The position numbers and the translations under genes are program-made. From a bacterium (GTDB lineage Bacteria; Verrucomicrobiota; Lentisphaeria; Victivallales; GWF2-38-69), in contig JAJXWI010000001.1 in NCBI GenBank assembly GCA_021781705.1, positions 4,904 to 68,903 on the forward strand: a DNA stretch of 64,000 nucleotides, written 5' to 3'. Shown here one piece after another: positions 29,233-39,037 of this stretch. The notes beneath the pieces were generated by a model. That model had not been told where the DNA came from, made no database searches, and saw nothing but the letters and a program-made list of their open reading frames with translations. How positions within the stretch are numbered: position 1 is the stretch's first letter; each line of letters opens with the position of its first letter.

Positions 29233-29347
29233 AGAAAAATATACATTACTGAATTCAATGTACCATTTTCAAGAATTCTGGAGATACTTTATAGATAGGC
29301 ATAGTTGATCTCTGATTAACGGCTACTAAAAAAATGGAGGTAGGGTT

Positions 29348-29584
29348 ATGAGTATTGACTCAGCAAAAGCGTATGTAGAAAGAATGAAGAACGACGAGGA
29401 ATTCAGGAAGAAAGTCCTTGCCTACAAAGATGCCAAAAAGAGAATGGAACTGGTAAAAGCAGAAGGTTATGACTTTGCTGAAAATGACATTAAAGTTGTA
29501 ACTGCCGTTATGAATGGTGCGGAGCTAGGAGCAGTAACGGGAGGCAAGGGACGTGGTCCATGCGGGAACACGTTCATACATTAA
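29348..29584 (+). CDS. Nif11-like leader peptide RiPP precursor
   Basis: 78 aa. The leader MSIDSAKAYVERMKNDEEFRKKVLAYKDAKKRMELVKAEGYDFAENDIK...ELGAVTGG matches the Nif11-type leader pattern and ends in a double-glycine motif. The predicted 12-aa core is KGRGPCGNTFIH. A GGAGG SD lies upstream. Confidence 0.7.
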   Translation: MSIDSAKAYVERMKNDEEFRKKVLAYKDAKKRMELVKAEGYDFAENDIKVVTAVMNGAELGAVTGGKGRGPCGNTFIH

Positions 29585-29926
29585 TTTGTGCGAATTACAA
29601 AACACACATGTGAGTACGATAAAAATAAAACCAGAAGATCAATGATTGGATAAAATAAGAGCTTACGTTGACCAGAGGCCGAAATAGGCTCTTTTACATA
29701 AGCTTAGTTATGTTTATATAATATAGTTTTATAAATTTGAGTTTCATATTTAGAATGAAAGCTTTTATTTTATTATTGTGCAATTCTTAAAGGAATTATC
29801 ACTCTGAACAAATTGGCAAATGCCAGCGAAAACAACACCAATAACATCAAGGAAGCAAGAAAATACTTCCTTTTCTTTAATATTTCCGACAGATAAAACT
29901 TCAGCAACTTTAAATCAAAAATATAC

Positions 29927-32014
29927 TCACAGGTTATTCTGAATCCTGTCTATATCTTCCTTTGAGAGCTCCTGATATCCGCACGGCTCCATACTGAAAG
30001 AGGCTCTACCGCCTGAAAGTTTAGGAAGCGCCTTGCTGAACCCGAACATTTCGATAAGGGGCACTTCGCATTCAAGCTTCTTTATATCAGTAAGATTTTC
30101 AACTTTATAAATTACCGCTCTTCTGGATTGAAGATATCCTGTAATTTCACCGATGGTATTTTCAGGGCTCATTATTTCCATTCTGGTAATTGGCTCCAAC
30201 AACACCGTTCCGCTTCTTATTGCTTTTTCTACCCCGTTAAGAACTGCTCCGGCAATAGCGTTTTCAGAGGTCTTATCTTTAGATCCTATTATTTCCATTA
30301 CCGTTCCCTTTATATATGTAAGAGGATATCCCCAATTCCCTCCTGTCTTTAATGCGTTGAGTAAATTTTCTTCCGCTGCTGCAAGCCAGGCATGAGGAAG
30401 GGATTTCGCATTTTTAACGTCAAGATTTACTTCAAGTCCGCCTGTCAGCCGCGAACACGGTTCAAGACTAAATGTCACTTCCGCATAATACTCTTTTTCG
30501 GCTAAGACTTTATTAAAAACTCCTGTAAAAACACCCCCGGATATAAGAGTTTCTTTGAAAACCACACTGGGCGCTCCGTGCCGAATATCAAGATTAAACT
30601 CGTGCTTAAGTCTGTTAGTATTTATTTCTAGGTGAAGTTCACCCATTCCTGACAAGAGAAATTGCCCGGTACTTTCATGTATCTTCGTATTCAGTGTAGG
30701 ATCTTCCCTGCAGAGCATACAAAGAGCATAATCAAGTTTGTCCTTGTCCTTTGAAGATTTAGGCTCAACAGCAATTGAAATAACTGGCTCCGGAAAAGTA
30801 ACCCCTTCAAAGCGCAAGGGCTTTTCTATGGAGCACAAGGTATCGCCCGTAGTAGTATCCTTTAAACCTACAAGCCCGACAATGTCTCCCGGGCCAATAT
30901 TATCGACAGGCTCAACATTTTTTGAGTAAAGCCTCAAAATCCGTTTTATCTTAAACTTATCTTTAGTTCTAGGGTTATAGACGGACATGTCGGTTGATAA
31001 ATTCCCGCTATAAGTTCTTATGTACAATAAATCTCCGCTGCCGCTAGCTATTACTTTAAAAACCAAAGCTGAAAAATTATTCCCGTGAATATCTATGTCA
31101 ATTGGTTCGTTATTTTTTGCATTATATGCTTTTTGAACAGGGAAATCCTCAGGGCTGGGAAGGTAGAGAGAAACAGCATCAAGCACAGGTTGAATTCCCA
31201 TGTTTTTCTTTGCGGATCCGCAGAATATTGGACAGATTTTATTCTCTTTAACGAGCCGTCTTAGTTCCGTTTTCAATAGATTCGAACTTATTGGCTTTCC
31301 ATCGATGTAAAGCTCCGCTATTTCATCTGAAATATCGGCGACGGAAGCAAGCATTTCATCTCGCCTCATCATCGCCTCATCCCTTAGCTCCGATGGAATG
31401 TCAGTTGTTACAACTTCTCCTCCATCTTCACCCTCAAACTTGAGCATTCTCAACTCTATCAGGTCTATAACTGCTTTAAAGTCGGACTCTGAGCCGACAG
31501 GCATCTGCACCGGAACAGACTTTATATCGCTGAATTTTGACTGAATATCTTTTACAACTTTGTCAAAAGAAGCTCCTATCCTGTCCAGCTTATTGATGAA
31601 AGCAATCTTGGAAACATGATACTTATTCGACTGCCTCCAGACTGTTTCGCTCTGCGCCTCAACTCCTTCGACACCACTAAAAACAACAACAGCACCGTCT
31701 ATGACGCGCAAAGACCTCTCTACTTCCGCAGTAAAGTCTATGTGTCCGGGAGTATCTATGAGATGAAAAAGATTATCACCCCAGTGAAAGGATGCGGCCG
31801 CGGCAACTATGGTTATTCCCCTGCTCCTTTCTTCGTCAAGGTAATCCATAACCGTATTGCCGGAGTCGACCTCGCCAATCTTATAAGTCTTTCCAGAATA
31901 GTACAGAAATCTTTCGGATAGCGTAGTCTTACCTGCATCAATGTGCGCTATTATGCCGATATTCCTTATCTTACTTAATAACGCGCTACTATCTTTCTGC
32001 TCTTCTTTTGTCAT
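29927..32014 (-). CDS. elongation factor G family GTPase (stand-alone paralog)
   Basis: G1 AHIDAGKTT, G3 DTPGH, G4 NKLD, and five-domain length (695 aa). It is not in an rpsL-rpsG-fusA-tuf context. Confidence 0.85.
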   Translation of the reverse strand: MTKEEQKDSSALLSKIRNIGIIAHIDAGKTTLSERFLYYSGKTYKIGEVDSGNTVMDYLDEERSRGITIVAAAASFHWGDNLFHLIDTPGHIDFTAEVERSLRVIDGAVVVFSGVEGVEAQSETVWRQSNKYHVSKIAFINKLDRIGASFDKVVKDIQSKFSDIKSVPVQMPVGSESDFKAVIDLIELRMLKFEGEDGGEVVTTDIPSELRDEAMMRRDEMLASVADISDEIAELYIDGKPISSNLLKTELRRLVKENKICPIFCGSAKKNMGIQPVLDAVSLYLPSPEDFPVQKAYNAKNNEPIDIDIHGNNFSALVFKVIASGSGDLLYIRTYSGNLSTDMSVYNPRTKDKFKIKRILRLYSKNVEPVDNIGPGDIVGLVGLKDTTTGDTLCSIEKPLRFEGVTFPEPVISIAVEPKSSKDKDKLDYALCMLCREDPTLNTKIHESTGQFLLSGMGELHLEINTNRLKHEFNLDIRHGAPSVVFKETLISGGVFTGVFNKVLAEKEYYAEVTFSLEPCSRLTGGLEVNLDVKNAKSLPHAWLAAAEENLLNALKTGGNWGYPLTYIKGTVMEIIGSKDKTSENAIAGAVLNGVEKAIRSGTVLLEPITRMEIMSPENTIGEITGYLQSRRAVIYKVENLTDIKKLECEVPLIEMFGFSKALPKLSGGRASFSMEPCGYQELSKEDIDRIQNNL

Positions 32015-32277
32015 AAAAACAATTCAAATTTAGAATTTATGATTGACAATTTTATTCATTCTCTGTCTGCCGTTAAATCCTTATCGAATTTAAAATACCA
32101 ACAGACAGTGTAAAATCGCAATGCACATGCATAAATAAGAGATTCTAACTACAACAAAATACAATAAAAGCTTAACCCAACAGATTGCGTGAGGAAAAAT
32201 ATAGCATCACAATGAAGAAATCAATAGCATTGTCAAAATTTGCCGATAGGAAATCAGAGACAATTGCAAACTCTTTT

Positions 32278-32368
32278 CCGGTTCCGACAGAGCGGAACCC
32301 TCCAGTTTCGAAAATGGAGAGATTTACTCCGTCAAAACCGCTTGTATTTGAATTTTTCAAAAGGCCCA
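32278..32368. repeat. REP-like element (GGTTCCG hairpin plus TCGAAAATGGAG..GTCAAAACCGCTTGTATTTGA module)
   Basis: CCGGTTCCGACAGAGCGGAACCCTCCAG...CCGTCAAAACCGCTTGTATTTGAATTTTTCAAAAGGCCC. It is nearly the same as 55571-55680 apart from that copy's 22-nt loop insert. Confidence 0.8.
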
Positions 32369-32384
32369 TATGTCAAAATAGAAA

Positions 32385-33140
32385 TCAATAAAGTTTTGAG
32401 AGGAAGTAATTCATCTGAATATACCACCATGGCCAGTCATGATTTACATCAGACCCCCAATAGTCAATCCATGCTGGAATACCTTTTGCTTTAAACGTAT
32501 TATCTAAAGCCTTTGTGTCTTCTATGGCCTCATTTTCCCATGCACCCTGTCCCGTGCATATAATAATTGCACTCTTCCGGCACCAGTTCAGAATTGTCGG
32601 CTCCGTAACATTTGGCAGAAAATGAATAGGCGAATTATAATAAACCTCTTTAACATCTCCCCAGGACAGCCTGAACTCATTTCGATCCATCCTGTAAAGA
32701 CCGCTTAAAGCTATAGTACCTCCGCACAGGTCCGGATGTCTCAGAAAAAAATTAACAGCATGATAAGCACCCAAACTTGTACCTGTAGCCATAGGCCTTT
32801 CATTAGGTGACTTTGTGTGTTTTCTAATAAAAGGAATTACTTCATCGGCAATGTATTTATCATACTGATTATGTCTTGCATTTCTTTCAGCCGGGCTGAC
32901 ACTAAAATTATACCATGACTCAATGTCGACGCTGTCTATAGCATAAAGCTTTATTTTTCCACAGTCTATATAACCACTGATTTTATCAATCATCCCCTGC
33001 CCTTCAAAATCAAAATATCTCCCCCTGGAACATGGAAAAACTATGAATGGCTTTCCATAATGCCCGTAAACCTTAAGTTCCATATCCTTCCCAAGCTCAG
33101 GGCTATACCATTTGTGTACTTCTGTGTGCATATCACCCAC
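32385..33140 (-). CDS. alpha/beta-hydrolase, putative esterase family
   Basis: 251 aa with the nucleophile elbow GTSLGAYHA (GxSxG). Its overall layout resembles esterase D/PF00756-type proteins. Confidence 0.65.
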   Translation of the reverse strand: MGDMHTEVHKWYSPELGKDMELKVYGHYGKPFIVFPCSRGRYFDFEGQGMIDKISGYIDCGKIKLYAIDSVDIESWYNFSVSPAERNARHNQYDKYIADEVIPFIRKHTKSPNERPMATGTSLGAYHAVNFFLRHPDLCGGTIALSGLYRMDRNEFRLSWGDVKEVYYNSPIHFLPNVTEPTILNWCRKSAIIICTGQGAWENEAIEDTKALDNTFKAKGIPAWIDYWGSDVNHDWPWWYIQMNYFLSKLY

Positions 33141-33161
33141 CTATTTTTATTGTAATATCTA

Positions 33162-34037
33162 CTATATTATTGAAGGAGTAGGAGTCAGCTTTATCCGTTT
33201 TCCCAGCACAATACAATTATACAAAGCTCTACCTATCTGACCTCTGGTCATGAAGTTATTACTGCCGGCAGCCTCCTCTAGCGATATGACAACCTGGCTA
33301 TAAGCATCATAAACATTAAACATAACCTTCTCATCATCCCATATTGCCGGGTTTGATATATCTGTATCGCATGAAAACTTTACAAGCAGTTTGCCGCTTT
33401 CCCAGAAAACCCAAAGTTCATTCCCGACTGGTGACAGAAGAGATACATTTATAACATTCTCTTCCTCTGTTAGTTTTAAACCTTTTGCTTTTGCCAGCTG
33501 TATAATTTCGGCTCTAAAAACCTTTTTTGCTCTTTCTATAAACTTCTGATCGGCAAATTCTATCGCCTGGTTTCTTGTTTTTGTAAGATATTCTTTTATT
33601 TCTTCCACATTTTTATTAAGTGAAACAGATTTTAAAGACTGCCTGTTTTCATCCCTAATACGCGATACTCTAACAATTTTAAAGCCATTACTTTTAATCT
33701 CTTTTTCACTTTCTTCTATTTTGTAGTCTGACTTTTTTAACGTTAAAGAAATTTGCCATACAGGTATAAAAATTTCACCAAACTGACTATTGTCGCCCTG
33801 ATCCAGATTTACCGGTAGAGAACGAACTTGAAACTCCATTTTAGAAATTTTAACGGCAGATTCAATATCAGCCTCGTCCAAATACCAGAGATAAAGATAT
33901 CTTAATACTTCACAGAGAAGCTTGTGCTCAGACAATTCTTTTATCGTTTTGTCTGATTTTAATTCAGACGCAGAAGCTCCGCAACTAAAAAAAACTGTCA
34001 AACTGAACATCAAGACTACACAAATGATTTTTTTCAA
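33162..34037 (-). CDS. lipoprotein, hypothetical
   Basis: Track ORF 33162..34112 overlaps the upstream gene by 71 nt. A TTG at 34037, preceded by GAAAGGA, gives (M)KKIICVVLMFSLTVFFSCG, a lipoprotein signal with a lipobox Cys. Confidence 0.55.
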   Translation of the reverse strand: MKKIICVVLMFSLTVFFSCGASASELKSDKTIKELSEHKLLCEVLRYLYLWYLDEADIESAVKISKMEFQVRSLPVNLDQGDNSQFGEIFIPVWQISLTLKKSDYKIEESEKEIKSNGFKIVRVSRIRDENRQSLKSVSLNKNVEEIKEYLTKTRNQAIEFADQKFIERAKKVFRAEIIQLAKAKGLKLTEEENVINVSLLSPVGNELWVFWESGKLLVKFSCDTDISNPAIWDDEKVMFNVYDAYSQVVISLEEAAGSNNFMTRGQIGRALYNCIVLGKRIKLTPTPSII

Positions 34038-34041
34038 AACA

Positions 34042-34770
34042 CTATTCCTTTCTTTTAAGCGTATAGAATCTATTTCCTGCAATGGCGCCATTTTTCGAGT
34101 CGGGAATTGCAATAAAATTTCCGCCGGGCCGATAATAATCCTTGTTTGCCATCCATGAGTATGCCCGGCCTGTTACCTTTATCGCATTTATTATATCAAT
34201 ATCTGCAAATATATCAGGCTCTTTTATCCGGTATTGCTTTATATATGAGGATGAAATAGACTTAGCATAACTTAACAACTCAGCAAATTTCCCCGGCTTA
34301 CTGCCGCGGTTAGCAATTTTCAAAAGATATTTTATTCTGTCACAAACCCTTGAATCATGACCAGGCAATCCTTCATCATTAGCAAAAAAACCTTCGCATT
34401 GGCCATTCGCCGTGATTATGTCGATAATGTTTTCTGTAGAAGTGTTTGCTATATGTTGTTGTTTGTATCCTTTTGGGATCAGGAACAAACGGCAATGCAA
34501 AACCCAGAGAATCTGTATCATACCCGTTTTGCTGTCTTTTACGCTTACATAGCTGTGCTCCCCTGGAAATGGCACTTCATTTATCAGCAAATAAGCCAAA
34601 TATCCATCGGGAGTGGATGAGGAGCAGAGCTTAACAAATTCACGGTAAGGTTCTGCCCTGCAAAAAAAAGCACACGACAGCATAAAACCCATAATCAAAA
34701 CACGGACCATAATCCATTTTTTAGAAAAAGAATTATTAAACATAAAATTATCCTGAATTATTCTTTTCAC
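34042..34770 (-). CDS. lipoprotein/secreted hypothetical protein
   Basis: The N-terminal KKWIMVRVLIMGFMLSCAFF is signal/lipobox-like. The start may be the ATG at 34743. No family recognised. Confidence 0.55.
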   Translation of the reverse strand: MKRIIQDNFMFNNSFSKKWIMVRVLIMGFMLSCAFFCRAEPYREFVKLCSSSTPDGYLAYLLINEVPFPGEHSYVSVKDSKTGMIQILWVLHCRLFLIPKGYKQQHIANTSTENIIDIITANGQCEGFFANDEGLPGHDSRVCDRIKYLLKIANRGSKPGKFAELLSYAKSISSSYIKQYRIKEPDIFADIDIINAIKVTGRAYSWMANKDYYRPGGNFIAIPDSKNGAIAGNRFYTLKRKE

Positions 34771-34902
34771 TTATTAAAGCTATCTTATAGCAACGACATA
34801 GTCAACGATCAACTCTATAAAACAAACATTGCTTTTTTTAAGGGAACTGGCTATTTTTAAGGCATATTATTTTAAATTTCAACACAAATTCGGAGAAGAT
34901 GT

Positions 34903-35658
34903 ATGTCTGGACACAGTAGATGGGCAAATATCAAACATAAAAAAGGCGCGGCCGACAAGAAGAAAGGCAAAGTCTTTTCAAGAATGTCAAAAGAAATAAT
35001 GGTAGCAGTCAAAGTTGGAGGGGCTGATCCCGACACTAACGCTAGGCTTAATGCTGCAATAATAGCCAGCAGAGCTGTAAATATGCCTGTCGCCAATGTC
35101 GAAAGGGCCATCAAGAAGGCGTCAGGAGAAGGAAATACTTCCAATTATGAAGAAATCGTATATGAAGGTTATGGACCGGAGGGCGTAGCCATACTCATTG
35201 AATGTCTTTCCGATAACAGAAACCGTACCGCCGGAGAAATAAGAATGATATTTGACAGGAGCGGCGCAAATATGGCAAGTAGCGGTGCAGTTACCTGGAT
35301 GTTTCACAGAAAATGTCATTTTGTAGTAACGGGCGAGAATGCAACAGAAGAAAAACTCTTTGAATTGGTAATTGAAGCTGGCGCTGAAGATCTCGAAATT
35401 GAAGGCGGAGTGGCTGAGATATGGGGACCTGTAGAAGCATTTTTAACAATATCAAAAGTGCTTGAAAAAGCAAAAATAGAAGTAGAGGAAGCCGGTCTTT
35501 CCAGAAAAGCCGAAACCTCTGTAAACATAAAAGATCCGGAAAAAGCCAAAAAATTACTTACTCTGATAGAAAAATTTGAAGACCAAGATGATGTCCAGGC
35601 CGTTCATGCAAATTTTGATATCCCTGACCAAATAATGGAGTCGATACAAGTAGAATAG
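34903..35658 (+). CDS. yebC: YebC/PmpR family DNA-binding transcriptional regulator
   Basis: MSGHSRWANIKHKKGAADKKKGKVFSR is the hallmark YebC N-terminus. 251 aa. Confidence 0.9.
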   Translation: MSGHSRWANIKHKKGAADKKKGKVFSRMSKEIMVAVKVGGADPDTNARLNAAIIASRAVNMPVANVERAIKKASGEGNTSNYEEIVYEGYGPEGVAILIECLSDNRNRTAGEIRMIFDRSGANMASSGAVTWMFHRKCHFVVTGENATEEKLFELVIEAGAEDLEIEGGVAEIWGPVEAFLTISKVLEKAKIEVEEAGLSRKAETSVNIKDPEKAKKLLTLIEKFEDQDDVQAVHANFDIPDQIMESIQVE

Positions 35659-35690
35659 ACCAGAGATCATAGACTGGAGACAGAACAATT

Positions 35691-35708
35691 AACCACGAAC
35701 CACGAACT
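35691..35708 (-). repeat. heptad repeat copy (reverse orientation: AGTTCGT GGTTCGT GGTT)
   Basis: AACCACGAACCACGAACT lies 3 nt upstream of the ruvC ATG. Confidence 0.7.
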
Positions 35709-35711
35709 AAA

Positions 35712-36218
35712 ATGATTATTTTAGGAATAGATACAGCTTTAAGATGTACAGGGTACGGCGTGCTTCGCGCAGAACAGGATAGTTTCGAAGCAGTTGATTG
35801 CGGTGTGATAAAAAATCACAAAGACCTTTCGCACACGCAATGCCTTCTCCGGCTTTCCAGAGGGGTAAAGGAATTGGTAAAAACTTTTAAAATTGATGCA
35901 GCGGCAATAGAGGGAGCATTCTTCGGCAAGAATGTTAAAACCACAATGATCTTAGGGTATGCCAGAGGCGCAGTAATGACAGCGCTGGCGGAATATGGAA
36001 TTCCAGTGTACGCTTATTCGCCAAAAGAGGTAAAAGCAAGCGCAGGCGGGATAGGTACCGCTTCGAAATTTCAGGTTGCCGCAATTCTATCGTCCTTGCT
36101 AAACATGGATGTAAGCAAGCTTGAATACGATGCTACTGATGCCCTCGGATTAGCCATATGCCATGCAAACAAAGCATTGCGTTCAGGCAATGAATACACT
36201 CTCCCAAAACCAATATAA
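35712..36218 (+). CDS. ruvC: crossover junction endodeoxyribonuclease RuvC
   Basis: MIILGIDTALRCTGYGVL (catalytic Asp), AAIEGAFF, and the DATDALGLAICH C-terminal motif. Confidence 0.9.
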   Translation: MIILGIDTALRCTGYGVLRAEQDSFEAVDCGVIKNHKDLSHTQCLLRLSRGVKELVKTFKIDAAAIEGAFFGKNVKTTMILGYARGAVMTALAEYGIPVYAYSPKEVKASAGGIGTASKFQVAAILSSLLNMDVSKLEYDATDALGLAICHANKALRSGNEYTLPKPI

Positions 36219-36234
36219 TTTAAGGTTGTAAAAC

Positions 36235-36729
36235 ATGTTAAAAATCCTATCCTCATCAAAAATCTCACCATGGATGTCAGGAATACTTATAGCATTTCTT
36301 TTTATACTGAGCCTATATGTTATTGATTCGTCCGTAGGCTCGATAAATGCTTACTCTAATCTTGCAAACAAGGCGGCAGCAATCTATAACGGCAATATGC
36401 CATCGATTACCTGGGATGAAATGTTCCTGATAGGAATACTTATTGGTGCGTTCATAGCTGCGCTTGCCGGAAAGCAGTTTAAACTCCAGCTTTTTTCTGA
36501 AGATCATCTTTCGAAAGGGCCGGCTTATTACCTGACTTTTGGAATAATGCTTAATCTGCTGGGAGGCTTTTTAGTCATGGCAGGAATGATTATAGCAGGA
36601 GATACCTTTACAAAAATGTGGGGAGACGCTTTGGGGTTATTTACTATTGTAGGCCTCTTTTTGATAATAATGTTTGTGGAAGCTGTTCTTATAGGAACTA
36701 TGTTGAGTTTAAAAATCGAAGAAAAATAG
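36235..36729 (+). CDS. small polytopic membrane protein, possibly YeeE/YedE-type partner
   Basis: 164 aa with 4 TM-like segments, paired with the following YeeE/YedE-like gene. The assignment is weak. Confidence 0.4.
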   Translation: MLKILSSSKISPWMSGILIAFLFILSLYVIDSSVGSINAYSNLANKAAAIYNGNMPSITWDEMFLIGILIGAFIAALAGKQFKLQLFSEDHLSKGPAYYLTFGIMLNLLGGFLVMAGMIIAGDTFTKMWGDALGLFTIVGLFLIIMFVEAVLIGTMLSLKIEEK

Positions 36730-36749
36730 CAACTAATTAAGGATAAAAC

Positions 36750-37346
36750 ATGCACCCATTGCAAATATCAGGAAATGTAAAATTGTTCGCCGCACTTTTT
36801 ATAGGTATCCTATTTGGATTTATTCTCGTAAAATCTGCGTTATCAAATAGAAAAACATTCATGGACCAATTTACGTTCAAAGACAACTCCTTCGCAATAA
36901 TATTTTTTATTTCTATAACTGTCGGCGTACCGGTATGCTATTTTCTTACAAAATACGGAATAATAAACCTGCACCCTTCAAATTATAGATTTTGGCCGAT
37001 CGTAGTTGGTGCAATACTTACAGGAATCGGACTTGTTCTGTGCGGACATATTCCAATAACGGCAATAGCATCTTTTGGAACAGGAAAGCTCTACTCTCTC
37101 ATCGTACTTTTAGGCATGCTTGCAGCTTTCCCTGTCATAAATCTTATAGAGCCAATTCTCAACGATTACGTATTTGGGAAACCTGATCCTGTAGATTTGA
37201 ATGTGCTGGCCCAAAATTCTCTTTTCTTTCAGGGAAAAACAGCAATGTTATACCTAATACCGGCAATATGTCTGGTGCTTGCACTTTTCCTTCGCCTGAT
37301 ACAGAGAGGATCCGGAACCAAATCAAAAAAGAAGGAAGAAACTTAA
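36750..37346 (+). CDS. YeeE/YedE (sulfur-transport) family membrane protein
   Basis: LFIGILFGFILVKSALSNRKTFMDQFTFKD and VVGAILTGIGLVLCGHIPIT resemble the repeated motifs of Sulf_transp proteins, from memory. Confidence 0.5.
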   Translation: MHPLQISGNVKLFAALFIGILFGFILVKSALSNRKTFMDQFTFKDNSFAIIFFISITVGVPVCYFLTKYGIINLHPSNYRFWPIVVGAILTGIGLVLCGHIPITAIASFGTGKLYSLIVLLGMLAAFPVINLIEPILNDYVFGKPDPVDLNVLAQNSLFFQGKTAMLYLIPAICLVLALFLRLIQRGSGTKSKKKEET

Positions 37347-37374
37347 AATTTAACATTCTAAGTTTTAAATTTTT

Positions 37375-37776
37375 ATGGAAGAAGCAAAGCATATCTCAAC
37401 CGGCAAAAAGGGAGAAAAAATAGCTTGCCACCTGTTGAAAAACAAAGGGTTTAAAATTCTCTTCCGTAATTACAAATCAGACAATCGCACAGGAGAAGTA
37501 GATATTGTTGCTAGAGACGGAGCAGTATTGTGCTTCATTGAAGTCAAAACCCGCTACGCCTCTGCCTTTGTTGAAAAAACAACAGATGATGCATGGGTAA
37601 GCCACAACCAGACGGAAAGAATTAAGAATGCTGCAAAAGACTACCTATTCAAAATCGGCACAGATAAAATCAAGTACAGGTTTGACCTTGTAGAAATAAC
37701 TCTAGGGAAATTCGGAATTAAAAAAATTCATCACTGGGAAAGAAATTTCGGCCTTCCCGATTTAGATAGATACTAA
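37375..37776 (+). CDS. yraN: YraN family (UPF0102) endonuclease-like protein
   Basis: GEKIACHLLKNKGFKIL..RNYK...GEVDIVARDGAVLCFIEVKTR is the typical YraN core. Confidence 0.85.
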   Translation: MEEAKHISTGKKGEKIACHLLKNKGFKILFRNYKSDNRTGEVDIVARDGAVLCFIEVKTRYASAFVEKTTDDAWVSHNQTERIKNAAKDYLFKIGTDKIKYRFDLVEITLGKFGIKKIHHWERNFGLPDLDRY

Positions 37777-38045
37777 CCTAACTTTCTATAGAATTTACAA
37801 ATTTGCATCCAGAATATTTTTGCCAATACTCTAATTTCAGAGAACCTGATCCTTGGCCCTTAAAAAACGTCATAACATCCTGTAAATAAGAGAACAAAAC
37901 AAAAAGTCAAAAGTTACAAAAAAGGAGTAGTTGCATTTCTTCATGCACGTCAGATTTATCCCGGCGAACAAATGAGCACGGAGCTACTTATACATGGTTC
38001 CGACTGTAAAGGTTCAGCAAAATATGTTACCGGACTCAAAACGGC

Positions 38046-38257
38046 TGATTTCTTTTTTTAGTATTTTGCGGTTCCGACAGAGCGGAACCCTCTACTTAAA
38101 TCATAACTTCACGCATCACGTGGAGGGACGAGCTTTTACCATGCGTTTTAGCAAGGTTGTCTCATCCGCATCTTTTACGGTTCCAGGTGGAGGGACGCAC
38201 TACGTTGCGTCCACTTGGCGTAAATATTGATCTACATAGTTTACTGAACACTTACCT
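38046..38257 (+). repeat. composite REP cluster, left arm of a long-range inverted repeat
   Basis: It contains GGTTCCG-ACAGAG-CGGAACC, GGAGGGACGAGCTTTTACCATGCGTTTTAGCAAGG, GGAGGGACGCA-CTACGT-TGCGTCC and ...TTTACTGAACACTTAC. The reverse complement of 47656-47888 aligns along its whole length. Confidence 0.85.
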
Positions 38258-38480
38258 ATCTTGTACTAATTTTAAAAAAACTGGATATTAAAAACATAAC
38301 TTGCCTTATGTTATTTTATCCTGTCAAGAACAATTCGGGTTTTCTTTTAACTTTTAATTCATAACTGAAGATCATATAGTTACCAATCCGTGGGATCTTG
38401 CTGCTCATGCTCTGACGGACAACCCTTCCTATTATACCACGCTTTTGCTGAGTCAATGCTCATTGATCTACCTACTGAAT

Positions 38481-38508
38481 TGTTTGTGGTTTATGGTTTG
38501 TGGGTCAT
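38481..38508 (+). repeat. heptad repeat variant (TGTTTGT GGTTTAT GGTTTGT GGGTCAT)
   Basis: Four 7-nt units read directly in otherwise non-coding DNA. Confidence 0.55.
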
Positions 38509-38615
38509 AGCCTGACTTCCTAGAAAATTTTGGTTCTTTCTTAAAACGAGTGGATAATGGTGCATATTTCCCAATAATGATTTAAACTTTATTTCATCGT
38601 TCAAAAAAATCAATG

Positions 38616-38930
38616 TCATAAAAATGGGATACTAAAGAAAATGATGAAAGAGCTGGTTGAAAAGGCGATTGGAATAAGCAAACCATGGTTTATTCCTAGC
38701 TCATCTTTTTCTTCAAAAATTCGTTTAAAAAGATCTTTTGGTCCGTCAATGCGTGTACCTTTGATGTTTTTAGGGTCTGTATTTTGACCTAAAAGTTGGG
38801 ATATACTGGTTCCTGCGCACACAATGATAAATACGACATGCTCTAACTTTTGAAATTTAGTCAAATTAGATTGATCGGTTTTAAATTCTTGCAAATACTT
38901 ATATGCTTGTTTTAATGAAAAGAGCTGCAA
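38616..38930 (-). CDS. hypothetical protein (weak call, TTG start)
   Basis: 104-codon ORF with only a TTG start and an in-frame stop 28 codons upstream. No motif recognised. Confidence 0.3.
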   Translation of the reverse strand: MQLFSLKQAYKYLQEFKTDQSNLTKFQKLEHVVFIIVCAGTSISQLLGQNTDPKNIKGTRIDGPKDLFKRIFEEKDELGINHGLLIPIAFSTSSFIIFFSIPFL

Positions 38931-39037
38931 ATTTGAAGTACTCTCCGAATCGGATGTAATCTCTGCATATTTTGGTAATTCCTCATCATTCGTAGGGATA
39001 TTTAATTCATATCATAAACAAGCCCCGCTGCAATTTT

